Notes: generated by a model from the letters alone, not told the origin. A stretch of DNA of 32,000 bases from Nitrosopumilus oxyclinae (GCF_013407165.1 NZ_CP026994.1:834187-866186); one strand, 5' to 3'. Positions 1 through 9,675 are shown, numbered from the stretch's first letter. Numbers and translations are program-made.

Positions 1-1
1 T

Positions 2-265
2 TATGATGCAATAGCAATTGGTTCTGGTTCTGATCAAGTAACTGACTTTTTAGAGAAAACATACAAAGAAGATCTTTCACTTGATGATGCTGCAATATTA
101 GCTTCTGCAGGAATTTATCTTTCAAGTGAAGATAAAGAAGGAACAAACCATATCAGAATGGCATGCATCAAAAAAGAAACAGGGTTGTATGAATTAGTAT
201 CAGATGAACAGATTACAAAATATGCAACTGAAGCTAAAACAAAATACCCACACGAGCAAAAATAA
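2..265 (+). CDS. psmA: Proteasome alpha subunit, C-terminal fragment (5' end lies outside the window)
   Basis: Frame 2 reads YDAIAIGSGSDQVTDFLEKTYKEDLSLDDA...TKYPHEQK with TAA at 263-265. The AIGSG..FLE..YKE region matches the C-terminal third of archaeal 20S alpha subunits. Confidence 0.75.
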   Translation, partial: YDAIAIGSGSDQVTDFLEKTYKEDLSLDDAAILASAGIYLSSEDKEGTNHIRMACIKKETGLYELVSDEQITKYATEAKTKYPHEQK

Positions 266-296
266 TTATTTTAAGGGCCTGAGAGATTAAATTACA

Positions 297-1106
297 TTGA
301 AATTATCTGTTGCAATTCCCGAGTCTGCATTATCAGATGAATCCCTTAAAATTGATAAAACTAGAAAAATTTCTGTTCTAGCAAGAGCTTGTGCAATTTT
401 TAAAATCGATACAATCTACATCTATCAAGAAGGAAATAAAAAAACAGATCCAGGATTAATGGTAATGATTCTAAGATATTTAGAAACACCACAATTTTTG
501 AGAAGAAGATTATTTCCAAAGATGAATGATTTAAAATTTGCAGGAGTTTTACATCCATTAAAAATTCCAAGTCACAACACACCAGTTAATTCTAAAAAAA
601 TTAAAGCTGGAGACATTAGAGAAGGAATTGTAGTAAGTTCAAAGGGAGAAAAATTTGTAGATGTTGGAATTAACCAATTGATTCGATATTATGGGAACAA
701 CACCACAAATGGAAAAAGAGTTACGATTAAATTCAAAGAAGGTTATCCTAAACTTTCAATCAAAGATATCGATAAAAGTGAAGTTCCAGAGTATTGGGGA
801 TACTCAGTAAAAGAGCGAGCAAATTTGTTTTCCATACTATCAGAATGGAAAGGAAACATCATCATAACATCAAGAAAAGGGAAACCAGTATCCAATGAAC
901 AGTTATCAAAATATACAAAATCAGATGAACATACCCTAGTTGTATTTGGATCTCCTGAGAAAGGAGTTCATGAAATAATTGGTGGACGAATGAATAAAGT
1001 TCAAAATGCAAAATCAATTAACTTTTTCCCAAATCAAGCAACTGAAACTGTACGTCTAGAAGAAGCATTGTTAGGAACATTGGCAATACTTAACGCCAAT
1101 AATTAA
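297..1106 (+). CDS. Putative SPOUT-superfamily RNA methyltransferase (DUF171 / COG2106-like)
   Basis: 269-aa ORF with a TTG start. The N-terminus LSVAIPESALSDE..LKIDKTRKISVLARACAIFKIDTIYIY is typical of this family, which commonly sits upstream of the archaeal L3 operon. Confidence 0.7.
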   Translation: MKLSVAIPESALSDESLKIDKTRKISVLARACAIFKIDTIYIYQEGNKKTDPGLMVMILRYLETPQFLRRRLFPKMNDLKFAGVLHPLKIPSHNTPVNSKKIKAGDIREGIVVSSKGEKFVDVGINQLIRYYGNNTTNGKRVTIKFKEGYPKLSIKDIDKSEVPEYWGYSVKERANLFSILSEWKGNIIITSRKGKPVSNEQLSKYTKSDEHTLVVFGSPEKGVHEIIGGRMNKVQNAKSINFFPNQATETVRLEEALLGTLAILNANN

Positions 1107-1112
1107 TCAAAA

Positions 1113-1223
1113 ATGCCTGAAAGAAAAAATTTTTTGTTACTTGCAATTGGTTTAGGAGTATTAGGGATCATTATCGGAGGATACACAATTTGGAATGCGG
1201 CCTCAGAATTAATTTCCCCATAA
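1113..1223 (+). CDS. Possible 36-aa single-TM micro-protein
   Basis: ATG at 1113 and TAA at 1221-1223. It translates to MPERKNFLLLAIGLGVLGIIIGGYTIWNAASELISP, with one clear hydrophobic helix. It is below the ORF-track size cutoff. Confidence 0.3.
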   Translation: MPERKNFLLLAIGLGVLGIIIGGYTIWNAASELISP

Positions 1224-1316
1224 CAAATTAGGCATAGTTGGTTAACCTAATTTTTTTTAGTGGTTAACGATATCTCACATGGTTTAATAGAGGGAAATCG
1301 ATGATGCGATTTAGTC

Positions 1317-2312
1317 ATGGGAGCTCGAAAAAGACACCAACCACGTAGAGGAAGTCTAGCATACTCACGTAGAGTTCGTGCAAAGACAATGGAGGCAAGA
1401 ATTAGAGCTTGGCCATCAAGATCATCTTCAGAAGAACCAAAGATTTTGGCACACTGCGGTTTCAAAGCAGGTTGTGTTCAAATTGTCAGTATCGATGACC
1501 GTGATAAAGTTCCAAACGCAGGAAAACAATTGGTAAGTTTAGGAACAGTACTAGTAACACCACCAGTGTTAATTTTAGGAATCAGAGGATATTCAAAAGA
1601 TCATGATGGTAAACATGCAGAGTTTGATGTGTATGCAGAAGACATTCCAAAAAACATTGCCAAAGAAATTACAATTAAAAATATTGCAGGATCAATGGAG
1701 AATGCAGAAACAAGATTAAAAAGAATTAAAGAAATTTATGCAATTGTTGCAGTTTCTCCAAGAGCAGCAGGATTAGAAATGAAGAAACCATATATTTTTG
1801 AAGCAATGGTAAGTGGAGGAGACATTGCAAAACAATTTGCACATGTCAAAGAACATTTAGGTAAAGAAATTAAAATTGATCAAATCTTTGAAACAGGTTC
1901 AACTGTAGATGTTGCAGCTATTACTAAAGGTCATGGATGGCAAGGTACAATGAGAAGATGGGGTGTAAAAAAGAAACAACACAAATCAAGAAAGACAGTT
2001 AGAGAAGTTGGTTCATTAGGTCCCATCTCACCACAAAGTGTCATGTACACAGTTCCAAGATCAGGACAAACAGGATTCCATCAAAGAGTAGAATACGATA
2101 AACGAATTATGATCATGGGCAATACAGAATCAGATGAAATTAAAATTAATCCAGATGGCGGATACAAACATTTTGGATTAGTTAAAGGTGACTTCATAAT
2201 TCTAAAGGGTTCAGTCCCTGGAACTTACAAGAGATTAATCAAACTTAGAAGTCAAATCAGAAATGCACCAGTTAAAGTCAATAAACCAAACATCTTGGAG
2301 GTTGTAGTATAA
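1317..2312 (+). CDS. rpl3: 50S ribosomal protein L3 (uL3)
   Basis: The N-terminus MGARKRHQPRRGSLAYSRRVRA and the GHGWQGTMRRWG motif match L3. It is the first gene of the canonical archaeal L3 operon. Confidence 0.95.
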   Translation: MGARKRHQPRRGSLAYSRRVRAKTMEARIRAWPSRSSSEEPKILAHCGFKAGCVQIVSIDDRDKVPNAGKQLVSLGTVLVTPPVLILGIRGYSKDHDGKHAEFDVYAEDIPKNIAKEITIKNIAGSMENAETRLKRIKEIYAIVAVSPRAAGLEMKKPYIFEAMVSGGDIAKQFAHVKEHLGKEIKIDQIFETGSTVDVAAITKGHGWQGTMRRWGVKKKQHKSRKTVREVGSLGPISPQSVMYTVPRSGQTGFHQRVEYDKRIMIMGNTESDEIKINPDGGYKHFGLVKGDFIILKGSVPGTYKRLIKLRSQIRNAPVKVNKPNILEVVV

Positions 2313-3124
2313 TGAAGACATCAACTTACACAACAACTGGAACTAAGGATACAGAAATTGAATTGCCAATAATATTCTCAACTCCATTTAGAAAAGATCT
2401 AATTCACAAAGCTGTTACTAATTTAACATCTCATAAATTCCAAAGACAAGGAAGAAAACCAATGGCAGGTATGGATGTAGTTGCAGATTCAAACGATCCT
2501 CCAACAGGTCAAGGTGTATCTCGTGTTGCAAGAATGCAAGGTGGGGGCGGTGGAAGACAAGGACAAGGTGCAGAAGTCGCATCAACTAGAGGCGGAAGAC
2601 AAGCACATCCACCAATTGTAGAAAAAGTGATTTTTAAGAAATTAAATAAAAAAGAGAACAAACTAGCATTATGTTCTGCAATTGCAGCAACAGCATCAAA
2701 AGATCTTGTTGAACTTAGAGGTCACAAAGTAAAAGGAATAGAATCATTCCCAATCATAGTATCAGATGATATTGAAAATATTTCTAAAACAAGTGAAATC
2801 ACCAAAGTGCTAGATGCATTGAAATTAACACAAGATGTCAAAAGATTAAACGCAAGAAAACCACGTTCTGGACAATCAAGACTTAGAGGCAGAACCAAGA
2901 AAATAGGCAAAAGTGTTTTGTTTGTAACTGCAAATTCAACAAATCTCTCACAAGCAACAGGTGCATTACCAGGCGTAGAAGTAAGAAATGTCAAAGACTT
3001 GAGTGTGTTAGATTTAGCCCCAGGTTCTGATCCAATTAGATTAACAGTATATTCCAAATCTGCAATAGAGGAGATTGGAAAAATAAAATCAACACATCTC
3101 GAAGTAATGGTGAAAACACAATGA
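2312..3124 (+). CDS. rpl4: 50S ribosomal protein L4 (uL4, L1e)
   Basis: Its start overlaps the L3 stop (TAATG). The GQG..RVARMQGGGGGRQGQGA loop matches L4, and the operon position fits. Confidence 0.93.
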   Translation: MKTSTYTTTGTKDTEIELPIIFSTPFRKDLIHKAVTNLTSHKFQRQGRKPMAGMDVVADSNDPPTGQGVSRVARMQGGGGGRQGQGAEVASTRGGRQAHPPIVEKVIFKKLNKKENKLALCSAIAATASKDLVELRGHKVKGIESFPIIVSDDIENISKTSEITKVLDALKLTQDVKRLNARKPRSGQSRLRGRTKKIGKSVLFVTANSTNLSQATGALPGVEVRNVKDLSVLDLAPGSDPIRLTVYSKSAIEEIGKIKSTHLEVMVKTQ

Positions 3125-3387
3125 ATGTAGATCAAGCAATGAAAATTATCATAAAGCCGTACATTACGGAAAAGACCTTTGCAATGGTTGAGAATGAAAG
3201 TAAAATTTGTTTCATAGTAGAAATATCCGCAAATAAATCAGAAATTTCAGAAGCAGTAAAGACACTCTATAATCAAAATGTCAAAAAAGTAAACACTGCA
3301 AGAACAATTTACGGCAAAAAAGCTTATGTTCAGTTTGAAAATACCGAAAAAGCCAGAGATTTGGCAACAAAGATAGGAATGCTCTAA
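3121..3387 (+). CDS. rpl23: 50S ribosomal protein L23 (uL23)
   Basis: 88-aa ORF overlapping the L4 stop (ATGA). The IIKPYITEKT motif matches L23, and the operon position fits. Confidence 0.9.
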   Translation: MNVDQAMKIIIKPYITEKTFAMVENESKICFIVEISANKSEISEAVKTLYNQNVKKVNTARTIYGKKAYVQFENTEKARDLATKIGML

Positions 3388-3431
3388 TATGGACCATAGA
3401 ACTCGAAGAATACTAACAGAGGAGAATAGAG

Positions 3432-3827
3432 ATGGTTAAAGAATTTTTATACAGAGGCATTCCAAAAGAGGAACTAGATAGTTTATCGCTAGAAAAATTA
3501 TTCTTGTTATTTAATTCCAGACAAAGACGATCACTTACCAGAGGGATCACTGATGGAAAAAGAAAATTGATTGAAGAAATTAAAGCTGCAAAAGCAGGTA
3601 AATTAAAAAATCCTATCAAAACTCATGTAAGAGATTTGATTGTTCTACCATACATGGTAGGCATTACAGTAAACACATTCTCCGGAAAAGAATTCCAACC
3701 AGTTACAATAACAACTGAAATGATTGGACATTATTTGGGAGAATATGTAATAACGAACAAGAAGGTTTCACATGGTGCCCCAGGTGTGGGTGCATCAAGA
3801 TCCAGCCTTTACGTGCCATTAAAGTGA
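3432..3827 (+). CDS. rps19: 30S ribosomal protein S19 (uS19)
   Basis: FLYRGIPKEEL...THVRDLIVLPYMVGITVNTFSGKEF...IGHYLGEY is typical of archaeal S19/S15e. Confidence 0.93.
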   Translation: MVKEFLYRGIPKEELDSLSLEKLFLLFNSRQRRSLTRGITDGKRKLIEEIKAAKAGKLKNPIKTHVRDLIVLPYMVGITVNTFSGKEFQPVTITTEMIGHYLGEYVITNKKVSHGAPGVGASRSSLYVPLK

Positions 3828-3832
3828 TTATT

Positions 3833-4291
3833 ATGGGTAGATTCAATTACGCTTTCCAAAATTATGACCCAACTAGACACGTACGTTCATCACTACGTGA
3901 AAAAGATATCTCTCACAAACATGCACGTGAAGTTGCAGTCTCAATCAAAGGACTATCAATTGAAAAAGCAAGAGACTATCTTATTGCAGTAATTAACAAA
4001 AAAAGAGCAGTACCATTTGGAAGATACAAAAACCAAGTAGCACATAGACCTGACCCAGGAGTAATGTCTGGACGTTATCCACAAAAAACTGCAAAAGAGT
4101 TCATCAAAGTTTTAGATAATTTAGAATCAAATGCAGAATACAAAGGAATGGATTTAGATAGATTAAGAATTGTAAACGCAACTGTTCACAAAGGAGTAGT
4201 TGTTAAAAGATTCATCCCAAGAGCAATGGGAAGAGCAACTCCAAAGAACAATGTATTAACTCATGTAGAATTGGTGGCAAAGGAGATTTAG
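3833..4291 (+). CDS. rpl22: 50S ribosomal protein L22 (uL22)
   Basis: An ATG at 3833 gives [20 protein letters not shown]..., the archaeal L22/L17e N-terminus. The track ORF begins at a GTG at 3824, so the start is uncertain by 9 nt. Confidence 0.9.
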   Translation: MGRFNYAFQNYDPTRHVRSSLREKDISHKHAREVAVSIKGLSIEKARDYLIAVINKKRAVPFGRYKNQVAHRPDPGVMSGRYPQKTAKEFIKVLDNLESNAEYKGMDLDRLRIVNATVHKGVVVKRFIPRAMGRATPKNNVLTHVELVAKEI

Positions 4292-4293
4292 AA

Positions 4294-5082
4294 ATGTCAG
4301 CTGTAAAAAATGTAATTAAAGATAACTACAACATGATGTTACTCAAAGATTATCTCAGAGAGGCAATCAAAGATGCAGGTTTTTCACATGCAGAGATTTC
4401 AAAAACACCAGTTGGTACTAGAGTTGCATTACATGTAACAAGACCTGGAATTGTAATCGGAAGAAAAGGTTCAGGAATTAGAGCACTAACAGAAAAACTT
4501 GCAACAGACTTTGGATTAAAAAACCCACAAATTTCAGTAGTTGAAATTGAAAAACCAGAATTAGCTCCTAGTGTAATGTGTAATAGAATGGCATCACATT
4601 TGGAAAGAGGAACAGCATTTAGAAGAGCAACCATGTGGACACTAAAACAAATTATGGAAGGTGGTGCAATGGGCGTTCAAATTACAATTTCAGGAAAACT
4701 TAGAGGTGACCGTTCAGCATTTGAGAAACACACCCAAGGAATTTTACCAAGAGCAGGACACCATGCAGAGATTATTGTTGATGAAGACATTGCACACGTA
4801 AAAACAGCAATGGGATTAATTGGAGTTAGAATTAGAATTGCTAAAAAAGAAAAACTCATTCCAGAATTTGAAATGAGAACTGAAAAAGCCATGAAAGCAA
4901 ATGCAGTAAAAGAAGAGAAAACCAGAGTTGAAGAAATCGATGTTGAAGGTGCTAAAGTTGAAGTGATTAAAGCACAAGGCAAAAAAGACGATGCAAAATC
5001 AGAATCAGAAAGAATTGCACTTGAAGCAAAGAAAATGGAAACACTTGAAACATTAGAAGAAGAGGAGGCCAAATTGAAATGA
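4294..5082 (+). CDS. rps3: 30S ribosomal protein S3 (uS3) with a Lys/Glu-rich C-terminal tail
   Basis: KH-domain region ([26 protein letters not shown]) and the [10 protein letters not shown] motif match S3. The operon position fits. Confidence 0.93.
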   Translation: MSAVKNVIKDNYNMMLLKDYLREAIKDAGFSHAEISKTPVGTRVALHVTRPGIVIGRKGSGIRALTEKLATDFGLKNPQISVVEIEKPELAPSVMCNRMASHLERGTAFRRATMWTLKQIMEGGAMGVQITISGKLRGDRSAFEKHTQGILPRAGHHAEIIVDEDIAHVKTAMGLIGVRIRIAKKEKLIPEFEMRTEKAMKANAVKEEKTRVEEIDVEGAKVEVIKAQGKKDDAKSESERIALEAKKMETLETLEEEEAKLK

Positions 5083-5285
5083 CCAGACTCAGTATGAAGA
5101 CAATTAAACAATTAAACGAAAAAGATCTTAAAGGTAAAATTCAAGAAACACGCAGTGAACTTGCCAAACTTAGAATTGATGGTTCTAAAGGAACATTGAG
5201 AAAAGAGAGTGGAAAACTAAAACCATTACGACATGACATTGCAAGAATGCTTACAAGATTAACTGAGATGAGGAAAGAGAAATGA
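5079..5285 (+). CDS. rpl29: 50S ribosomal protein L29 (uL29)
   Basis: 68-aa ORF overlapping the S3 stop (ATGA). The [16 protein letters not shown] helix is typical of L29. Confidence 0.9.
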   Translation: MTRLSMKTIKQLNEKDLKGKIQETRSELAKLRIDGSKGTLRKESGKLKPLRHDIARMLTRLTEMRKEK

Positions 5286-5548
5286 TTACTGCAGACAATA
5301 TAACATCACATGAATTCATAGGATTAGATACAGAGATCATTCAATCCACCAACTCTCAAGTAGTAGGATTAAATGGAAGAATTACCAATGAAACAAAATC
5401 AATGTTTACAATAAACACAGAAAATGGTTCAAAATCCATTGCAAAATCAACCAACAGTTGGAAATTTTCCATTCAAGGCAAGGATGTAATAGTTAAAGGC
5501 ACAAAAATTGCAAAAAGATCATTTGATAGAATTGGAGGAAGAGCATGA
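5282..5548 (+). CDS. rnp1: RNase P protein component 1 (Rpp29/Pop4)
   Basis: 88-aa ORF with HEFIGLDTEIIQSTNSQVVGLNGRITNETKSMFTI, the Rpp29 Sm-like fold signature. It occupies the canonical archaeal position between L29 and S17. Confidence 0.85.
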   Translation: MITADNITSHEFIGLDTEIIQSTNSQVVGLNGRITNETKSMFTINTENGSKSIAKSTNSWKFSIQGKDVIVKGTKIAKRSFDRIGGRA

Positions 5549-5868
5549 CTCAAAATATAGGATTAAAAGTTAAAGAACCAACCAGAGAATGTGAAGACAG
5601 ACATTGTCCATTCCACGGCGGATTATCAATTAGAGGAAAACTCTTTGATGGTAAAGTAACAGGAGCCAAAGCAAAACAAACCATCACATTACAAAAAGAT
5701 GCACCAATTTACTTTAGTAAATTTAAGAGATATGCAAGGGGTACAAGTACAATTCACGCACATGTACCAGGCTGCATAGATGTTGAAGCAGGAGATCATG
5801 TCTTAACTGCAGAATGCAGACCAATCTCAAAATCAGTATCATATGTTGTTGTGGAGGTTAAGGCATAA
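5545..5868 (+). CDS. rps17: 30S ribosomal protein S17 (uS17)
   Basis: CEDRHCPFHGGLSIRGKLF...ECRPISK is typical of archaeal S17/S11e. It overlaps the neighbouring genes. Confidence 0.93.
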   Translation: MTQNIGLKVKEPTRECEDRHCPFHGGLSIRGKLFDGKVTGAKAKQTITLQKDAPIYFSKFKRYARGTSTIHAHVPGCIDVEAGDHVLTAECRPISKSVSYVVVEVKA

Positions 5869-6290
5869 TGGCAAAGCAAGCAGGTAAAGGAGTAGAAGAA
5901 TTTAGACCATACGTTACCAAAGTAATCCCAATCGGTGCAAACATTGTATGTGCAGATAACTCTGGCGCTAAAATTTTAGAAGTAATCAATGTTCCAAGAC
6001 ATAAAACAAGATCATCAAGACTTGCATCAGCATCTGTTGGTGACTTTTGTAATGTTGTAGTTAAGAAAGGTCCTGCAGAATTGAGGAAACAAGTGTATGG
6101 CGCAGTAATTATTAGACAAAAATATGCAGTTAGAAGATTAAATGGTGTAAGAGTTTGTTTCGAAGATAATGCAGCAGTGCTAATAACTCCAGAAGGGGAA
6201 ACTAAAGGAACAGACATCAAAGGACCAGTTGCAGCAGAAGCTACAGAAAAATGGCCAAGAGTAGCTAACTTGGCATCAATGGTGGTATAA
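5868..6290 (+). CDS. rpl14: 50S ribosomal protein L14 (uL14)
   Basis: The CADNSGAK motif and the VIIRQK..RRLNG region match L14. The operon position fits. Confidence 0.95.
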   Translation: MAKQAGKGVEEFRPYVTKVIPIGANIVCADNSGAKILEVINVPRHKTRSSRLASASVGDFCNVVVKKGPAELRKQVYGAVIIRQKYAVRRLNGVRVCFEDNAAVLITPEGETKGTDIKGPVAAEATEKWPRVANLASMVV

Positions 6291-6294
6291 TAAA

Positions 6295-6762
6295 ATGAAA
6301 CCAACTAAAATGCGCAATCAGATGATTTATCAGGCAACATACAAAACTAAAAGTAAACAACTGGGAAGTGCACTTTCAAAAGATCTTCATAAAAAATATG
6401 GTAAAAGAAGTGTAAGAGTAGTCGAAGGAGACAGCGTTACAATTCTAAGAGGAGAATTCAAAGGAGTTGATGGTAAAATAGCTAAAATATCTACACAAAA
6501 AAGCAGTGTTGCAATTGAAGGAGTAAAGAAAGAAAAAACTAAAGGGGAAAAATTTGACGTTTACATTCACACATCTAATCTAGTAGTTACTTCATTAAAC
6601 ACAGTAGACAAATGGAGAATTGCAAAACTAGAAGGAAAAGATCCTAGAAAACAACCAAAAACAGAAAAAGTATCTACTGAAACAAAAACAGAGCCTGTAA
6701 AAGTTGCCCCTAAAGAAACAAAAGTAGCAGAAAAAGCCAAAAAAGAGGAAGATGATAATTAA
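6295..6762 (+). CDS. rpl24: 50S ribosomal protein L24 (uL24) with a Lys/Glu/Thr-rich C-terminal extension
   Basis: The KOW motif region ([24 protein letters not shown]) matches L24. The operon position fits. Confidence 0.9.
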   Translation: MKPTKMRNQMIYQATYKTKSKQLGSALSKDLHKKYGKRSVRVVEGDSVTILRGEFKGVDGKIAKISTQKSSVAIEGVKKEKTKGEKFDVYIHTSNLVVTSLNTVDKWRIAKLEGKDPRKQPKTEKVSTETKTEPVKVAPKETKVAEKAKKEEDDN

Positions 6763-7478
6763 TGGTAAGTATAGCAGGTAGTAAGAAACTCAAACGTCAA
6801 ATGGCCCCACAGTTCTGGGGAATTGGCAGAAAAGAAAAACGATTTGTAATTACAGTAAAACCAGGTTCACATAAAAAAAGTTTCTCAGTTCCTACAGCAG
6901 TATTTCTTAGAGACATGCTAAGTATTGTCACTAGTCTAAGAGAAGCTAAAGCATCAATTTATTCTGGAAGAGTAAAAATTGATGGGGTTGTTAGAAAATC
7001 ACTTCACCATTCAATTGGATTAATGGATGTTGTAGAACTAACAGATGTATCAGATATTTATCGTCTAGTTCCAACTGAAGACAAATTACTAAAACCAATT
7101 AAAATCAACGAATCAGAAAAATCTAAAAAACTTGTTAGAGTTACCACTAAAACTACACTCAACAAAGGAAAATTGCAAATTGGATTCCATGACGGACGTT
7201 CAATTATTTCAGATACCAAAGTAAATGTTGGCGATGCATGTTTAATTCAAGTTCCAGAACAAAAAATTCTTGAAGTAATTAAATTAGAAACAGGAATTCA
7301 AGGGCTAGTTACAAGAGGAAACAACGCAGGACAAATTGGTAAAATCGAATCAATTGAAGAAGGGACATTCATTCTTCCTAAAAGAGTCATCCTTACATTA
7401 GGAGATAGAAAAATCGAAATTCCTGCAGACATCATAATGCCAATTGGAAAACAGGAGCCAATAATTCAATTAAAGTGA
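6762..7478 (+). CDS. rps4e: 30S ribosomal protein S4e (eS4)
   Basis: GSKKLKRQMAPQFWGI..K..RFV and the S4/KOW-like regions match S4e. This protein is archaeal/eukaryal-specific. Confidence 0.93.
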   Translation: MVSIAGSKKLKRQMAPQFWGIGRKEKRFVITVKPGSHKKSFSVPTAVFLRDMLSIVTSLREAKASIYSGRVKIDGVVRKSLHHSIGLMDVVELTDVSDIYRLVPTEDKLLKPIKINESEKSKKLVRVTTKTTLNKGKLQIGFHDGRSIISDTKVNVGDACLIQVPEQKILEVIKLETGIQGLVTRGNNAGQIGKIESIEEGTFILPKRVILTLGDRKIEIPADIIMPIGKQEPIIQLK

Positions 7479-7482
7479 TCTT

Positions 7483-8004
7483 ATGTCTCAAGTAACACAA
7501 TCCCCAATGAAAAAAATCTCTTTAGAGAAAATTGTTCTAAACATGGGTTTAGGCAAATCCGGAGATGTAATTACCACAGCACAAGTTGCATTAGAACAAA
7601 TCTCTGGAAAAAAACCATCAACACGTAATGCAAAAGCAGCATACAGAGATTGGGGAGTAAGAAAAGGCGAACCAATAGGAGTTGCAGTTACAATTCGTGG
7701 AGAAGATGCTGTTGCATTATTGAAAAGATTACTTGAAGCTAAAGGTAATGCAATAAACGGAAAATCATTTGATAATTTTGGAAACTTTTCATTTGGAATT
7801 AATGAACACATCGATATTCCAGGAGTAAAATATGATCCACAAGTTGGAATTTTAGGATTAGGGATTTCAATTACATTAACTAGACCAGGATATGGAATTA
7901 GAACTCGAAGTAAACACAAAGCTAGAGTTGGAAAAACTCACGTTATCAAAAGTCAAGAAGCAAAAGATTATCTAGAAAAAGAATTTGGAGTGACTATAAC
8001 ATAA
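7483..8004 (+). CDS. rpl5: 50S ribosomal protein L5 (uL5)
   Basis: KIVLNMGLG...FGINEHIDIPGVKYDPQVGILGL is typical of L5. Confidence 0.93.
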   Translation: MSQVTQSPMKKISLEKIVLNMGLGKSGDVITTAQVALEQISGKKPSTRNAKAAYRDWGVRKGEPIGVAVTIRGEDAVALLKRLLEAKGNAINGKSFDNFGNFSFGINEHIDIPGVKYDPQVGILGLGISITLTRPGYGIRTRSKHKARVGKTHVIKSQEAKDYLEKEFGVTIT

Positions 8005-8183
8005 TGGCAAAAGATAGATCATACGAAGCAACAGGAAGAAAAAAACACGACTTTGGTAGAGGTTCCAGATGGTGTAAAAGATGTGGAGATTATACAGCAG
8101 TTATTCAAAAATATGATTTAATGTTATGCAGACGATGCTTCAGAGAAGTAGCAACATCTTTAGGGTTCAGGAAAAATAAGTGA
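8004..8183 (+). CDS. rps14: 30S ribosomal protein S14 (uS14, zinc-binding type Z)
   Basis: This 59-aa ORF is absent from the track. Its ATG overlaps the L5 stop (TAATG) and its TGA lies at 8181-8183. It translates to MAKDRSYEATGRKKHDFGRGSRWCKRCGDYTAVIQKYDLMLCRRCFREVATSLGFRKNK, with CxxC...CxxC. Confidence 0.9.
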   Translation: MAKDRSYEATGRKKHDFGRGSRWCKRCGDYTAVIQKYDLMLCRRCFREVATSLGFRKNK

Positions 8184-8189
8184 TATAAT

Positions 8190-8582
8190 ATGCCAGCAAC
8201 AAACATCTTAGCAAATCTATTTGTCACACTTTACAATAATGAAGCAAGAAGAAAATCAGATTGTATCATTCTTCCAACATCAAAACTAGGTATTGAAGTT
8301 CTAAAAACACTTCAAAAAGATGGATACATTGGCGAATTTGAGCATATTGACGATAAAAGAGGCGGAAAATTCAAAATTAAACTATTAGCAAAAATTACAA
8401 AATGTGGAGCAATTTCCCCAAGATTCAAAGTAAAAACTGATGAATACAATAGTTGGGAGCAACAATATTTGCCCGCATATGACAGAGGAATGCTTTTGGT
8501 AACAACTAACCAAGGAGTAATGTCACATCATGATGCAGCAACTAAAGGAATTGGAGGATTTTTGATAGGTTATGTCTACTGA
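8190..8582 (+). CDS. rps8: 30S ribosomal protein S8 (uS8)
   Basis: LANLFVTLYNNEARRK...LQKDGYIGEFE...GGFLIGYVY is typical of S8. Confidence 0.93.
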   Translation: MPATNILANLFVTLYNNEARRKSDCIILPTSKLGIEVLKTLQKDGYIGEFEHIDDKRGGKFKIKLLAKITKCGAISPRFKVKTDEYNSWEQQYLPAYDRGMLLVTTNQGVMSHHDAATKGIGGFLIGYVY

Positions 8583-9129
8583 GCAACTAGAAAAATTCCA
8601 AGATCAAGTGGATATTCCAGAAGGAGTCACAGTTACTTTAAAGAAACACATGTTGCACTTTGTAGGACCCCTAGGTAAAACTCACAAAAGTTTTAGAACC
8701 ATACCAGTAAACATCAAAATCGAAGAAAACAAGATTCTCCTATCCACAATTGAACAAAAAAAGAGAGATTATGCAATATTACACACTGCAAGATCAATTA
8801 TTAGAAATATTTGTGAAGGTCTAGTTACTGGATATACAATAAAAATGAAAATTGTGTTTTCTCACTTTCCAATCACTGTCAAAGTAGATGGAAAGTCAAT
8901 CATAATTGAAAATTTCCAAGGAGAGCGAGCTCCAAGATTAACACATATTGTTGGAAACACCAAAGTAGTTCCAAAAGGAGAAGATGTTATTCTTACAGGG
9001 GAAGTGTGGACAGATATTACACAAACAGCTGCCAATATAGAATTAAGATCCAAAGTAAAAAACAAAGATCATAGAGTGTTCCTTGATGGTATCTATTCAT
9101 TTGAAAAGAAAAAAGGCATAGAAAAGTAA
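8572..9129 (+). CDS. rpl6: 50S ribosomal protein L6 (uL6)
   Basis: It overlaps the S8 end by 11 nt. FSHFPITVKVDG..IIIENFQGER is typical of archaeal L6/L9e. Confidence 0.92.
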   Translation: MSTEQLEKFQDQVDIPEGVTVTLKKHMLHFVGPLGKTHKSFRTIPVNIKIEENKILLSTIEQKKRDYAILHTARSIIRNICEGLVTGYTIKMKIVFSHFPITVKVDGKSIIIENFQGERAPRLTHIVGNTKVVPKGEDVILTGEVWTDITQTAANIELRSKVKNKDHRVFLDGIYSFEKKKGIEK

Positions 9130-9145
9130 AATCATAGTTTACCAA

Positions 9146-9433
9146 ATGACCCTTGATCCTGAATTTTCAAAACAGACAACTGATTTAATAGTGCAAACTT
9201 TAGAATTATACAAATCTGCAGGTGTATCTCCAAGAATCGGGGAAACATGGGATTGTGGAAACATTGGGGATTTTTTATGTGGTTTTTTTGTAGGCGAAAT
9301 GGTTGGTTCAGCACTTAGTGCATTTCAAATTGTACATCAAAGAGAACCAACAGCTGATGAACACTTAGAAATTATTGAATTAGTAGAAAGTCATGCAAAA
9401 GAAATTAAAGAATTCTTTGCCAAATTTAACTAA
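9146..9433 (+). CDS. Hypothetical protein (95 aa)
   Basis: Intact ORF directly after L6. I recognise no family. The overlapping antisense ORF 9132..9314 is judged spurious. Confidence 0.5.
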   Translation: MTLDPEFSKQTTDLIVQTLELYKSAGVSPRIGETWDCGNIGDFLCGFFVGEMVGSALSAFQIVHQREPTADEHLEIIELVESHAKEIKEFFAKFN

Positions 9434-9504
9434 ACATTTTCAAACTTTAGTTTATTATGCATAGTCGCAAAGATTAAATCACTTTTGCCAAGGTAAAATC
9501 GTGT

Positions 9505-9578
9505 GCCTCCCTAGCTCAGCGTGGTAGAGCAACCGGCTGTTAACCGGTTGGTCACCAGTTCAAGTCTGGTGGGAGGCG
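9505..9578 (+). tRNA. tRNA-Asn (anticodon GTT)
   Basis: The 7-bp acceptor stem pairs GCCTCCC with GGGAGGC. The D-arm is TAGCTCAGCGTGGTAGAGC. The anticodon stem-loop is AACCGG-CTGTTAA-CCGGTT, with GTT in the anticodon position. The T-arm is CCAGTTCAAGTCTGG and the discriminator is G. No intron and no encoded CCA. Confidence 0.93.
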
Positions 9579-9582
9579 CTTC

Positions 9583-9604
9583 TTTCTAAACTCGAGTTTT
9601 GAAA
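9583..9604. repeat. Palindromic element copy 1 (CTCGAG-centred, one arm mismatch)
   Basis: tttctaaactcgagttttgaaa lies 5 nt after the tRNA-Asn 3' end. Its arms are TTTCTAAACTC and GAGTTTTGAAA. Confidence 0.8.
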
Positions 9605-9653
9605 TATTCTATTTTTACAATAGCAGTATAATCAAGGAATAGTAAATAATATG

Positions 9654-9675
9654 TTTCTAAATTCGAATTTAGAAA
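9654..9675. repeat. Palindromic element copy 2 (TTCGAA-centred, perfect 22 bp)
   Basis: tttctaaattcgaatttagaaa is a perfect inverted repeat in intergenic sequence. Confidence 0.85.

Noticed and set aside
400-9314. Antisense ORFs inside the SPOUT gene and the ribosomal operon: 400..582, 1247..1465, 2722..3135, 3413..3619, 4350..4634, 4677..5111, 5858..6304, 7488..7919, 8862..9065 and 9132..9314.
   Set aside because: Each lies fully or largely opposite a confidently identified conserved gene. Their translations are low-complexity, Ser/Phe/Ile-rich and match no recognisable family. This is typical of shadow ORFs in AT-rich DNA.
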